Virus record (IMG/VR): IMGVR_UViG_3300020183_000020
Location: 32,001 to 96,000 of that record
Source: a virus
Length of the DNA stretch: 64,000 bases
Direction: 5' to 3' (one strand)
Both the position numbers and the translations under genes were made by a program. Every line of letters begins with the position of its first letter. Within the stretch, counting starts at the first letter, position 1. The notes under the pieces are model-generated. The model was not told the origin of the DNA. It worked only from the letters and a program-made list of their open reading frames with translations, and made no database searches. Below are positions 9,611 through 19,308 of this stretch, in pieces.

Positions 9611-9814
9611 ATGTATGTCCTAGAGAACACACTTACAGGCAGACTTCTTTACCCTGCGTTAATCGGAAGGGTAAAGAAGGCATATCTGTTCAAATCCGAA
9701 GCGGAGCAGGTCGCTAAGAGCCTAGCCCCCATCGTCCATCCAAAACGGATAGATGTGGTCGAGTTATCCAAGTCTGCCCAACTATGGATGGAGAACCAAA
9801 AGAGAAATGGATAA
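9611..9814 (+). CDS. Hypothetical protein
   Basis: AGGAGG RBS. Confidence 0.65.
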   Translation: MYVLENTLTGRLLYPALIGRVKKAYLFKSEAEQVAKSLAPIVHPKRIDVVELSKSAQLWMENQKRNG

Positions 9815-10118
9815 CATGACGAAGGCGGATCGGATAGTATCCGAAATCCAAGCTGGAAGAAAGATGGGTTTGGATTTATTCTTGCCGATAGATACTTATC
9901 AAGGTAGGGGGGATGAAACTTCTGTGTATGAGTTATGGGTAGCCAATCCCTGTAAAGAAGTAATCATCATAACAGCAGGGTTCGTTGAACCATATTATGG
10001 GATAAGGCTATCCGAAGAATTGATGTGGAACAAAACAGAAAAGTGTTATGGGACGAATGACTTTTTTAAGGTTCTTGAAGGTGTGTCAGAGCTATTAGAT
10101 TTATTTAGGTCTAGGTAA
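9807..10118 (+). CDS. Hypothetical protein
   Basis: Start at MDNMTK overlapping the upstream stop. Confidence 0.6.
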   Translation: MDNMTKADRIVSEIQAGRKMGLDLFLPIDTYQGRGDETSVYELWVANPCKEVIIITAGFVEPYYGIRLSEELMWNKTEKCYGTNDFFKVLEGVSELLDLFRSR

Positions 10119-10122
10119 GGTT

Positions 10123-12855
10123 CTATTTCTTAGCTAGGGAAGCAACCCTGAGAGCGGAGGCTTTAAGAGAAGCGATTCTAGCGGGGTTCCAATTGAAAGG
10201 AGCCTGTTCAAACTTGCCCTTTTCATCGAACTCAGAATATTGGATAACCTCTAGTTTACAGATGGGTTCTTCATCGGATTCAAAGCGTTTCTCATAACCC
10301 AAGAAGTCCACATCATTAGGGATAAGGTAAACCACCATTTTCTTTTGCTGTGGGTCGAACATGATTTGAGATGTGGAGTATAGACCATTAGGGACTTTCC
10401 TAACAGGGATAAAGGGGTCGTCCATTTTATCCCAGCGGTATCCGTAAAGTGCAGGGGCTGCATCTTTAATATCGGTCACATTGGATAGTATTTCTGTGGC
10501 GAGTTCTCTTCTTCTTAGGGAGGATTGGCGATCATCTCCGCTTTGATAACCTGCATCAGGATGGTTGATGCCGTGATTTGTGCGTACATGGAGTTTGTGT
10601 CTTTGTAGAGTTTTAACAACAGGTTGGTGGATGGAAGTTTGTTCTATGATTTTTGCCCGCGTCCCATCTGATATGATGGTATGTCCATGTACGGGTACAT
10701 GGAACGAGTTACCTGCGATGCACTTTAGGGCTTCTTCAATCGTTTTGCACTTGAGTGCATTTAGCAGGTAGAAGCCATCTTGAGAAATCATGGGTTCTTT
10801 CTTTTGATTACGGCTTGAACCTTCTTCTTCATCTTCGCGTACATTGAGAGCGGAGTTGACAATGGATATTCCATAGCTGTTTACGCCTTCTAGCCAACCT
10901 GTCACATTGTCGATGTAATAAAGAACCTCAACTCCGTCATACAGGTCGTGATAGATTTTGATTTCGGGGTTGTAGTTTCTATCCCTTATTTTCAGTAGGT
11001 AACGCTTGTCGTCTAGATCGAGGCAGGATATGACACAGGCGGATTTATTCATGGACGATTTCCTTTTGGATAGTTTCATTACTCTAGCTCCTGTTGAGTC
11101 GGATAGCCCTAAAGTTCTGCCCATTCTCCACCTCGCAGTTTGAGACAGCTTGCTTGGGTCTAAGACAAACTGCACAAATGTTTCGGCAAAATCTTCTTTC
11201 TCATTTGTCTTCCCGTAATCCGTGGGTATCCCCAAAGCCTGTTTCATTTCTTCGATAGTTCTCAGGTGTAGTTCTCTATCGGCTAGGGCGAACTCTTTTG
11301 TTTTATCCGATTCGAGTTGTAGTCCAACATCTTCCCACAATCCACTAAGCATAAAGATTCTGTTAATGTTTTCTGTAGCTCTTTCTAGAGCATCTTGTTC
11401 ATTCCAATCTTCACGGGAGTGTCCTCTAACTTCGTAGAAGTAGTGGAGAGGGTCTTTAAAGAACTCCATGACCACCTTGCCCTCGGCGGTGAGTCTAAAG
11501 TTAGAGGGTGTCATGAGTGGTTTACGCCCTGACAACTGAGTAAACAGTCCGTGTATTTTCAGAATATCTAAGGGCGAAGCATTGCTCTTGACGATTTTGG
11601 GGTCGCCCTTGGCTTCTTGAAACATAGTGAAGTATCGAGACCTGTCCTCAGGAGTGATTGTGAACTTTTTGAGGTTCTTTTCAAAGAAGTCTTCTTTCTC
11701 TCTGTTGATATATTCCCAACCGCTATCCCAAAACTCTCTTGCCTCTCTTGTGATGTAGTTTAGATGCACCCAATGTCCTATTTCATGGAGCAGTACTTCA
11801 TGGACAAAGTTAGCTAAGACTCGACCTTTTACGCCGAAGCTGTTTGTAAACATCTTTAAGGTTCGAGTAGTAGATATCCATTCACCTGCCGTACTTGAGC
11901 CCTGCTCTTGGCGGAGCAATTGGATAGAAGTAATCGAATCACGCATGATGGGGGTCATGTCGCGTTCTTTGAAGATTGCTTCTATGAAGTCGATCCCATC
12001 AAGGAAACTACGGACTTCATTATCCGAAAGGTCAAAGCTCTCAACATTGAAGCCTTTGTATTTGAATTTCTGATAGTCGATTTTCACGCTGTGTCTCTCT
12101 ATGTCTAGAGAAGCCAGCTTCATTTTGTCAATGGCGGTGTTGAGGCGTGCGATGTTAGGTAAACTTACTGCATCGGGCAGTTCAAGGATTTGTGAAATAA
12201 GTTGGCGATACTTCCCAACGGCTCTATTTAGCCCAAGATACTCTATTCTAGCTTCCGTACCTACGATGTTTTGTAGTACAGAGTCTCTTAGCCGACTAGT
12301 GAATTCCATGTATAGCTCTTGGAGAGCTTGTGCATTCCTAGTTGTCCGCAGGATTTTCCAAACATCGGTTTTAAAGTTTTCGATGATGATGTGAGGGAGT
12401 TCTATGGTTGCAGAAGACTTCTTAGATGGGGTGTGTTTAATCTTCCATGCTTTCCATTTAGCGTGTTGGGGGCTAGACTTCAAAGACGGATCGTGACCCC
12501 AATTTCTGAGACTTATTTCCCACTTGGACATTCCGCTTTCGCCCACAGGATCACCAGGCTTGCCACCGAGCATCCTAGAGTTAAATCCATTTTCTTGGGC
12601 TGCATTATCGAAGTCATCATTTGTCCAATCCTTAAAGGGTTTCTCTTTCCGTCTTTTGATTCGATGAAAAGAGTCATAACCTGATTGGATATCTCCTGAT
12701 TCTTTGGCCTCTTCTCTATTTATGGAAGCCAATAATCTATTGTCGTTTTCAGCCCAATCATCGAGGGCTTTTTGACTCATGTTAATAAGATCGTGCCACT
12801 TGTTGTATACTTCTTTTTTCTCTTCTTCAGACCTAGTTTTTGCGTATTTCATCAT
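10123..12855 (-). CDS. Polyprotein: DUF3140-like + zincin metallopeptidase + Ntn (Cys) hydrolase + C-terminal RIA/RVA tag
   Basis: INMS...WEISLRNWGHDP; HEIGH and PTDYGKTNEKEDFAETF; KSA-CVIS...KIRDRNY, WLEGVN, RTNHG; PARIASLKASALRVASLAKK. Confidence 0.75.
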   Translation of the reverse strand: MMKYAKTRSEEEKKEVYNKWHDLINMSQKALDDWAENDNRLLASINREEAKESGDIQSGYDSFHRIKRRKEKPFKDWTNDDFDNAAQENGFNSRMLGGKPGDPVGESGMSKWEISLRNWGHDPSLKSSPQHAKWKAWKIKHTPSKKSSATIELPHIIIENFKTDVWKILRTTRNAQALQELYMEFTSRLRDSVLQNIVGTEARIEYLGLNRAVGKYRQLISQILELPDAVSLPNIARLNTAIDKMKLASLDIERHSVKIDYQKFKYKGFNVESFDLSDNEVRSFLDGIDFIEAIFKERDMTPIMRDSITSIQLLRQEQGSSTAGEWISTTRTLKMFTNSFGVKGRVLANFVHEVLLHEIGHWVHLNYITREAREFWDSGWEYINREKEDFFEKNLKKFTITPEDRSRYFTMFQEAKGDPKIVKSNASPLDILKIHGLFTQLSGRKPLMTPSNFRLTAEGKVVMEFFKDPLHYFYEVRGHSREDWNEQDALERATENINRIFMLSGLWEDVGLQLESDKTKEFALADRELHLRTIEEMKQALGIPTDYGKTNEKEDFAETFVQFVLDPSKLSQTARWRMGRTLGLSDSTGARVMKLSKRKSSMNKSACVISCLDLDDKRYLLKIRDRNYNPEIKIYHDLYDGVEVLYYIDNVTGWLEGVNSYGISIVNSALNVREDEEEGSSRNQKKEPMISQDGFYLLNALKCKTIEEALKCIAGNSFHVPVHGHTIISDGTRAKIIEQTSIHQPVVKTLQRHKLHVRTNHGINHPDAGYQSGDDRQSSLRRRELATEILSNVTDIKDAAPALYGYRWDKMDDPFIPVRKVPNGLYSTSQIMFDPQQKKMVVYLIPNDVDFLGYEKRFESDEEPICKLEVIQYSEFDEKGKFEQAPFNWNPARIASLKASALRVASLAKK

Positions 12856-12906
12856 CAACCTACCTAGCGTATATTAGATACTAGGTAGGTTGATATAAAT
12901 AGATTA
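12854..12906 (-). promoter_or_regulatory. Late-type motif TAATCTATTTAT followed by a 14-bp hairpin covering the RBS
   Basis: ATCAACCTACCTAG-N13-CTAGGTAGGTTGAT. Confidence 0.65.
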
Positions 12907-12908
12907 CT

Positions 12909-13280
12909 TCATCTCCAAGATGTATTGGTGCTGAACCTTGTAAAGCGTGGGATAACTAAGTCAACACCTGTGGTGATGGGGGCATCAGGATCGACCCCCA
13001 CACCAATTTTGAGTGGATTATTTCCGTCACCAATCACTTTGGATATTTTCGCACCAAAAGATAATGTCGGGGGAGTGATCGTGTCATCGGCGGATTTCAC
13101 CCCCTTGTTCAAAATGGATAACACCACAAATCCAGCGGGGACAGAACCTCCACCCATATCAACGGATTTTCCGAGAGTCGCGGGTAGGAAGAGTTGGTCG
13201 CCTGTAGAGCCTTCAAAACGCACTCTAGCTTCAATAGCCGTGGTGTAGACCTTGATGAAAGGCGGGATGATATCCGACAT
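12909..13280 (-). CDS. Hypothetical protein of the fibre module
   Basis: AAGGAG RBS; co-oriented with 13293-16633. Confidence 0.65.
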   Translation of the reverse strand: MSDIIPPFIKVYTTAIEARVRFEGSTGDQLFLPATLGKSVDMGGGSVPAGFVVLSILNKGVKSADDTITPPTLSFGAKISKVIGDGNNPLKIGVGVDPDAPITTGVDLVIPRFTRFSTNTSWR

Positions 13281-13292
13281 CGTGGTCTCCTT

Positions 13293-15353
13293 TTAGATTT
13301 GGAACGAGGCGGAAATGTTAATGAAGCCCGCACCTGAGATAGTAACGGGGATGAGGGTATCACCTGCGGCAGAAGTTGTGGTGGTGAGTGTAGTTGTTCC
13401 GTTGGATGTGAACACAGCATGGGTAGCTGTAATCTCTAGACGGACGCTCTTGGCAACTCTATCCCCATCTGAGTCATAAGTATTGACCACAAGGTTTTTC
13501 GACAAGTTAGCCCCTGTGAACACAAAGTCTCCTGAGTCTTGCCACACGCAGGAAACTAGATTGGGTAAAGAGGAAGAAATGACATGGGTATTCACTTCAA
13601 AGGTTTTGAAAGACCCTGAGGCGAAGTTACCATCCGCAGACTGAGCAGGGATATCGGTACTGCTAACGGATACTGCCCAATATCTACCTTGATCATCAAA
13701 AGTCATACCTGTGAAGTATCCCGCTTCGTATGCAGTCTTTGTCCATCCACCTGCTGTCCAATCATAAATGGATGCTTCGTTCTCAAAGAGACACATAAGA
13801 CGGGTGTTGTTTATGTTCTGAGGAGCCCAACCCAAAACAGGGAAGGTATCTGAACTATGATAGGTCAAGGAGCTAAAGTCGGAGGAGTCGATGGCAAAAG
13901 TGGTGATCTTCTTCCATGTGGCGGTTGTGTTAAGTGCCAACATGGCAGGGGAAGTGTGTGAATAAAAGACACTTAGATAATAATCCGCTCCGCTTTTGGT
14001 CAAAACGCAGTTTAAACGCATCTGTTGATTTGTGGTGTCGTTGTATTGCTTATAGGTCACATAGTCAGAAATCGTATCAATCCCTGCCATTGTCACAGAG
14101 CAAATTTCCATTGTCAGCGTATCGTTGGCTTTGTTCCAAACCAAGAGCAAGAAACTAAGGGTTGGAGTATCTGCCTTTGGTCCAAAGCAAGGCACATAGG
14201 CATAATAGATATCCGTTTCACCACCTATGGGAGAAGCCTCGAAATGAGTAGGTGTGTATGTATTTAATTGGGCATCAGCGATGTTTGTAGTTAACGCCAC
14301 ATTTCCAACGAAACCTTGATTGCCCCTGCGGTCAGCTAAAAGAGTTAAGATATTTGTGCCAGCGTTATACTTGTAGAACAAGTATTGTCCCAAGTTGGTC
14401 TTGGTGTAGTTGGATGCGTTATATACGGTGGTGTGACCAAATCCATTTCCATCTAAGTTGATTTGTCCATTATTCTCGATGGACATTAAGAAACAATATT
14501 CCCCTGCATTGTTTGTCCCTGCATAGAAAATCGGATTGGAGTCCATGTACCAAGCCGATCCTCCGTAAGAAAGAGAGAGTTTTGTAGGTGTACCTATGGT
14601 GATAGACCCATTGTCTCCGCTAGTGGTGTAGGTAGCCTTCCACAGACTAGTCTTTCTGAAGTTTTGGAGCGTTCTTTGAGAAGAGCCGTATGTGGCGTAA
14701 TCCCTGTTGGCAAAATAGGTCTGTCTACCCGCACCTCTTAATAAAAGAGTCTTGTTTGTCGTATCCACGGCAAGGACTGCAAACTGAGAAATCCAACTTG
14801 GACTTGAGGCGTTGTATGCAGCTAGCGTAGCTCCTGATTCGGATTGAAAGTTGTACGCTCCCACATCTTCAAAGTCTGTATCGGATACTTCATGTATTGT
14901 TCCGTCATACATGAACAGCCCATTGACGGTTTCTCCTGCATTGAAGTTCATTACATTGATGTTGGCTCCCGTATTATCCGTAAATGAAATGAGTGACCCA
15001 ATATCTATCCTATCCGACTTATCCATTACATGAAGTTGGCTAGCATTTATCCATTCCGACAAATTCTCGCCGTATGTAACTTCAGAGTCGGTGCCATTGG
15101 TGAAGGGGGAAAACACACTAGACTTGTTAGAGACTAGTGTTGCCCTTACAGGGTAAACCGTGCGTGTCCCCCCTATTGGATAAAAGGCTTCATTAGGTTT
15201 ATCAAAGACGGGAGATAGCGTGGTGTAGTCATATGCCTGATCTCCTATCCAAATGTAGTCTTGATCAGGGGAGATAACCAAACCACAAGTGGTTTTGGAG
15301 ATGTGGAAGTTAGTTCCATCATATAGACCGAATAGACTTTTGATCTTGGGCAT
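13293..15353 (-). CDS. Beta-rich structural or receptor-binding protein with C-terminal Ig-like domain
   Basis: T/S/N/Y-rich; GGAGGAG RBS before MPKIK. Confidence 0.65.
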   Translation of the reverse strand: MPKIKSLFGLYDGTNFHISKTTCGLVISPDQDYIWIGDQAYDYTTLSPVFDKPNEAFYPIGGTRTVYPVRATLVSNKSSVFSPFTNGTDSEVTYGENLSEWINASQLHVMDKSDRIDIGSLISFTDNTGANINVMNFNAGETVNGLFMYDGTIHEVSDTDFEDVGAYNFQSESGATLAAYNASSPSWISQFAVLAVDTTNKTLLLRGAGRQTYFANRDYATYGSSQRTLQNFRKTSLWKATYTTSGDNGSITIGTPTKLSLSYGGSAWYMDSNPIFYAGTNNAGEYCFLMSIENNGQINLDGNGFGHTTVYNASNYTKTNLGQYLFYKYNAGTNILTLLADRRGNQGFVGNVALTTNIADAQLNTYTPTHFEASPIGGETDIYYAYVPCFGPKADTPTLSFLLLVWNKANDTLTMEICSVTMAGIDTISDYVTYKQYNDTTNQQMRLNCVLTKSGADYYLSVFYSHTSPAMLALNTTATWKKITTFAIDSSDFSSLTYHSSDTFPVLGWAPQNINNTRLMCLFENEASIYDWTAGGWTKTAYEAGYFTGMTFDDQGRYWAVSVSSTDIPAQSADGNFASGSFKTFEVNTHVISSSLPNLVSCVWQDSGDFVFTGANLSKNLVVNTYDSDGDRVAKSVRLEITATHAVFTSNGTTTLTTTTSAAGDTLIPVTISGAGFINISASFQI

Positions 15354-15357
15354 TTCT

Positions 15358-15567
15358 TTACTCCTCCCCACCTATGGGTTGGGCTTCTGTGGTTGTTTGG
15401 AAATAGGATAACGCCTCTTCTTCGGAAAGAAAGGGAGCGTTATTGGGACTCGTAGGATTCCCTTTGGTCTGATACAACACCTGTCCGTCTTTGGATACCT
15501 TCAAGTCCCCCTCTTCCAAAGCCAAGGTGAAGTTGCCCTTGCCAATTACACTTACGATCATGCTCAT
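15358..15567 (-). CDS. Small protein of the fibre module (possible chaperone)
   Basis: AGGAG RBS; NPT...APFLSEEEALSYF. Confidence 0.6.
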   Translation of the reverse strand: MSMIVSVIGKGNFTLALEEGDLKVSKDGQVLYQTKGNPTSPNNAPFLSEEEALSYFQTTTEAQPIGGEE

Positions 15568-15581
15568 CTCTAACTCCTAGT

Positions 15582-15932
15582 TCAGTTGTGGTAGTTCATA
15601 GAGAAGATCAAATCTGCACCCCCATAGTTGGCACAGACTGCACTCACTATCAGACTCATTGTATCTCCAGCTTCCAACAAGGCTTCCGTACTCGCCGTGA
15701 CCACATACTCTCCCGCCTCAAAAGACACCTGATAAATCACATCAGTAGGGTCAAAATTACGGATAAGTTTTATGGTCGTAAACCCTGCCCCCTCAGGGGC
15801 TTGATCCAACGATACTCTGTATCCCTTGAGGTACATATCTCTCAAGGGCTTGTATGGCGTAGATGAAGCTAAGGGGATTATTTCCCCCACTATGTAGGCA
15901 TGGACTTCTAGCTTAGTTGTCAGCCGACTCAT
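15582..15932 (-). CDS. Small beta-sandwich structural protein
   Basis: TAATG coupling; LEAGDTMSLIVSAV...GGADL is typical of fibre C-terminal domains. Confidence 0.6.
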   Translation of the reverse strand: MSRLTTKLEVHAYIVGEIIPLASSTPYKPLRDMYLKGYRVSLDQAPEGAGFTTIKLIRNFDPTDVIYQVSFEAGEYVVTASTEALLEAGDTMSLIVSAVCANYGGADLIFSMNYHN

Positions 15933-16633
15933 TACACAACCTCCCATGTGTTATCCGTAGTGTTCGCCACTAGTGTGATGGAGTCATATTGCACATCTAA
16001 GGTGAAACTCGTGGCTCCATTGATCAAATCCCCACCCGATCTTTGAACCACTAAGTTATTCCCTGCCGCTCGACCCCTTAGATAAAATCGGATAGTATCG
16101 CCATCATCGACACCTGACAATAAAGGCAAGGTAGCCGTGATTGTCCCTGCCGCACTATTGACAGAGTAGTGATATCCCACAGCCGCATTAAAACTCACAG
16201 CTTGTCTTGAGAACTCTAACCCACCTGCTGTCGATAATACGCTGTCGATTGCGGATAAATGTGTACTGATACTATCCGTATTTAGTGCCACATAGTTGGT
16301 CGGACTCACATTAGCCGTTATGTCGTCCGATGTGATGACCGAGTTTATCCAATTTGTCCCATCGAATGAGAGCAAGTCCCCTTCATTTATTCCGCCCCCA
16401 ATCACCACATCGGAAAGTGTGTTTATGCTCCCCAAGCTCGTGAGATTGACTCCACTTAGTGCGGGTAAAGTCTCCGCTACGGATAGTTGCAGTACTTCTC
16501 CCGCTCCCACCCCCGCATCAAGGGAGGCACTTGTTCCTGCATCCGTAATGTCGGCAAGACTAAGGGAAACACCCTCTAAGTATCCATTTGAAAACTTGAG
16601 GTGGTTCCCCCCATTTAGTTTTAGAACCCACAT
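15932..16633 (-). CDS. Tail fibre-related protein
   Basis: LSDV...GDLLSFDGTNWIN repeat; FNAAVGYHYSV...ITATLP...GDTIRF...DLING domain as seen in T4-like fibre/baseplate proteins. Confidence 0.7.
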   Translation of the reverse strand: MWVLKLNGGNHLKFSNGYLEGVSLSLADITDAGTSASLDAGVGAGEVLQLSVAETLPALSGVNLTSLGSINTLSDVVIGGGINEGDLLSFDGTNWINSVITSDDITANVSPTNYVALNTDSISTHLSAIDSVLSTAGGLEFSRQAVSFNAAVGYHYSVNSAAGTITATLPLLSGVDDGDTIRFYLRGRAAGNNLVVQRSGGDLINGATSFTLDVQYDSITLVANTTDNTWEVV

Positions 16634-16642
16634 TGTGCTTCC

Positions 16643-16688
16643 CCCTTAGTGTTTGTAAGCAAACACTAAGGGAAACATAAAAGGTTTA
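16643..16688 (-). promoter_or_regulatory. Late-type motif TAAACCTTTTAT followed by a 13-bp hairpin overlapping the RBS
   Basis: CCCTTAGTGTTTG-CTTA-CAAACACTAAGGG. Confidence 0.6.
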
Positions 16689-16691
16689 GGG

Positions 16692-16898
16692 CTAGTCTTC
16701 CGTGGGCAAGTCGCCCACAAAGAAGTACCCCGTCCCACCACCCTTATTCAGCCACTCGTCAAGGAGGGCGTGGAGCATACCCCGCGTCTTGTCATCAGGG
16801 TTGACCGCCACGAACCCAAAATCCGAATGGACACCCTCGCCGTCCTCGCGGGTGTACTGAATCTCGCCGTGAACAATGGGGACTTCGATGTTCTTCAT
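16692..16898 (-). CDS. Small protein, GC-rich gene
   Basis: 68 aa; first gene after an early-type promoter; high GC3. Confidence 0.65.
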   Translation of the reverse strand: MKNIEVPIVHGEIQYTREDGEGVHSDFGFVAVNPDDKTRGMLHALLDEWLNKGGGTGYFFVGDLPTED

Positions 16899-16935
16899 AA
16901 TGTAATCTCTCTTTCTGTTTCAGGGGTCTCGCCTA

Positions 16936-16965
16936 ACTAATAATGGAGAACCCCCTTTGGGATAC
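16936..16965 (-). promoter_or_regulatory. Early-type promoter GTATCCCA-N15-TATTAGT
   Basis: Near-identical to 2799-2828. Confidence 0.75.
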
Positions 16966-16966
16966 T

Positions 16967-17551
16967 CTAAAGATTCTTTACGATTCTAAATCCAACCATC
17001 GTAGATGGAACATGAGCATAGTGTGTCCGTCTATTGCAGGGTAAACGACACATCATGCTCGGATCGCTCCAACCCCCTCCCAAGATATACTTCTTTCCAT
17101 ATTCATCTCCATCCCACATCCACTCAGATACATTTCCGCACATATCATATAAACCCAAGGCGTTCGGCTTTTTGAAGCCGACTTCATGTGTTGTACCCCC
17201 CGAGTTATCCCAATACCATGCCAAGTTGCCCAAATCATTCCCGCCTGAAAAAGCGTACCTCTTGTTATTAAACCTAGCGGCATGAAGCCACTCCGCCCTT
17301 GTGGGGAGGCGATACCCTTTAGATTTGGAACAGCGTGTAATCCGACCCGTCTTATGAAAATTGTAATAAGGCGTTAGCCCTTCTTTAACGCTTTTGGCAT
17401 TACAGAACTCAAGAGCCTCTTTCCAAGTGACACTCTCTACAGGGAGATCATCTCCCCTGAACACGCTGTTATTGGACATGAACTCGCTGTACTCCTTCTG
17501 TGTCACCAAACAAGGCGACATGGAGATACGCTTCTTTGGCAGGTCAATCAT
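16967..17551 (-). CDS. FGE-sulfatase (SUMF1/formylglycine-generating enzyme-like) domain protein
   Basis: PVESVTWKEALEFCN, YRLPTRAEW, PNALGLYDMCGNVSEW, GFRIV. Confidence 0.9.
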   Translation of the reverse strand: MIDLPKKRISMSPCLVTQKEYSEFMSNNSVFRGDDLPVESVTWKEALEFCNAKSVKEGLTPYYNFHKTGRITRCSKSKGYRLPTRAEWLHAARFNNKRYAFSGGNDLGNLAWYWDNSGGTTHEVGFKKPNALGLYDMCGNVSEWMWDGDEYGKKYILGGGWSDPSMMCRLPCNRRTHYAHVPSTMVGFRIVKNL

Positions 17552-17596
17552 TGAAAAACCTCGTTTCTCTAGATGGTGGGGGGGGGTTGCCCACTT

Positions 17597-18115
17597 CTAT
17601 CCTTTATAGAAGTGATGGGCTACATACTGCATGAGAATCCCGCTAGCGGTACCCACATTGACCGACCTAACGCTTCCATATTGTTGAATGTACACACAAG
17701 CGTCACAAATGGATAAAACATCTTGAGAGATGCCCATCATTTCCTCTCCAAAGATAAATATATCATTTGGCTCAGGCTTGAAGTCCATGAGATTTATGGC
17801 TGTAGAAATCCCGTTCTCTACTGCCACTAGCCTGTGTTTATCCTTAAGGGCTTTGATCTCTTCGATCCCATCCAAATGGATAAGCTGTGTGTAGTTGTGA
17901 GTACCCACAGCTCCTCTTCTGTCCCATTTACGCTTTCCGTAGTAGTAAACGCACTCCACTCCAAACGCATTACCATTACGGATAAAGGTGGAGATATTAA
18001 AATCTCCCTGTATGTGTTGCATCATCACCCGATAAGGGAACGCCTTTCGCTCCAAGTCCTCCCTGATTTTAATCAGTTCCCAATCTTTGTATGCGTCTAT
18101 AACATTTTTATCCAT
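17597..18115 (-). CDS. SpoU/TrmH-family (SPOUT) RNA 2'-O-methyltransferase
   Basis: NISTFIRNGNAFG, FIFGEEMMGIS, IQQYGSVRSVNVGTASGI. Confidence 0.9.
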   Translation of the reverse strand: MDKNVIDAYKDWELIKIREDLERKAFPYRVMMQHIQGDFNISTFIRNGNAFGVECVYYYGKRKWDRRGAVGTHNYTQLIHLDGIEEIKALKDKHRLVAVENGISTAINLMDFKPEPNDIFIFGEEMMGISQDVLSICDACVYIQQYGSVRSVNVGTASGILMQYVAHHFYKG

Positions 18116-18131
18116 TTGCGGTGCCTTTTTT

Positions 18132-18143
18132 TACTCTATTTAT
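18132..18143 (+). promoter_or_regulatory. Late-type motif TACTCTATTTAT
   Basis: Matches TA-N5-TTTAT, 42 nt before the ATG. Confidence 0.55.
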
Positions 18144-18185
18144 GGGGCGTACCTACTTGAACCTACTATAGAAAGGTAGAGAACG

Positions 18186-19286
18186 ATGTTTAAGACTTCT
18201 ATGATCCGCAGAGCCTTTTTGATGCGTCAGGCTGCCCACAAGCATCTCATGAAGAATGCAGGGCCTTTGACGGATGTGAGTCATCTCCGCCATCAGGCTG
18301 TGTTTTTGATGGGTGCTCCCGGTTCAGGTAAGGGATTCGTCAGCAAGAGGCTGTATCTCAAGTATATGCCCGGTGGCGGTGCTGGTGGCTCTTTAGACCC
18401 CCAAATGTTTCAGCGTGAGCTTTCGGAGCAAGAGAGAGGACTCACCAACCTAAACTTTGAGAGCGTCAGAGACCGTATTGAGACTTATGGTTTTAGGTTA
18501 GAGGTGAATGAGGGGGGGAATTCCGCGACTATCCCTTTCCGCATTTATGACAACAACGAAGTCCTTATTCCGAGAGACCAATGGGAGGAGAAGGCTCCTG
18601 ATATTGTCGATATGATTGAGGGACTAGAAGAAGTGGTTTTCGCAGCCCCCAAGCATGAGCTTCCCTCATATTGGAGAGTTGTAGACCCTGATATGTACAA
18701 GGAAGAGCTTGAAGGCTACTTAGAGACCAAGCCTGGTTATGTTCACGAAATGTCTTCTGAGATGTCCAAGGCGTACTTCGAGGCGGCTATTGCCACAGGT
18801 GACCCCGTTATCGTTGACGGCACGGGTGCAAAAGCTGCCAAGTATGTCGAACAAATTAAAGTCGCAAGAGATGCTGGCTACAGCATCACACTTGTTTGGA
18901 TTTATGTGCCTCTTGTCGCCAACATCATCCGTAACTGCACAAGAGCTAGAGTTGTGCATATCAGCCATGTGACTCGCCTCTTTAAGCAGATGGCGATTAC
19001 TTGGAAAGCCTTAAGCCCCTATCTCGATAAATCAAAGGTGATTAATACCTTTGACCCTAGCTCTTCGGGTGGTGATGCTAAGTCCTACCTCTCAAAGAAG
19101 AGCCTTGTGGACGGATATGTCCAAGAGCATATGGGATATCCTGATCTCTACACCTATATGACCCAATCGCCCGATGTCCCTCAGGATCAGAAAGACCTAG
19201 CGATGGGACTGAGATGGCTAAGTGGTGGAGCGATGAGCGATAAAGAAAGACGGATGCAGGAACTCCGCAATAAGTTTAACCGTTAA
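18186..19286 (+). CDS. Zeta-toxin-like P-loop kinase with basic N-terminal leader
   Basis: GAPGSGKG, VDPD..KEEL, VHEMSS, VIVDGTG; leader ends in MKNA. Confidence 0.8.
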   Translation: MFKTSMIRRAFLMRQAAHKHLMKNAGPLTDVSHLRHQAVFLMGAPGSGKGFVSKRLYLKYMPGGGAGGSLDPQMFQRELSEQERGLTNLNFESVRDRIETYGFRLEVNEGGNSATIPFRIYDNNEVLIPRDQWEEKAPDIVDMIEGLEEVVFAAPKHELPSYWRVVDPDMYKEELEGYLETKPGYVHEMSSEMSKAYFEAAIATGDPVIVDGTGAKAAKYVEQIKVARDAGYSITLVWIYVPLVANIIRNCTRARVVHISHVTRLFKQMAITWKALSPYLDKSKVINTFDPSSSGGDAKSYLSKKSLVDGYVQEHMGYPDLYTYMTQSPDVPQDQKDLAMGLRWLSGGAMSDKERRMQELRNKFNR

Positions 19287-19308
19287 TAAATCAGCCCCCT
19301 CCTCCCCG

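Noticed and set aside
16967-17551. FGE/C-type-lectin domain as a diversity-generating retroelement target
   Set aside because: No template repeat of its 3' end and no reverse transcriptase seen in this window; cannot be excluded elsewhere in the genome
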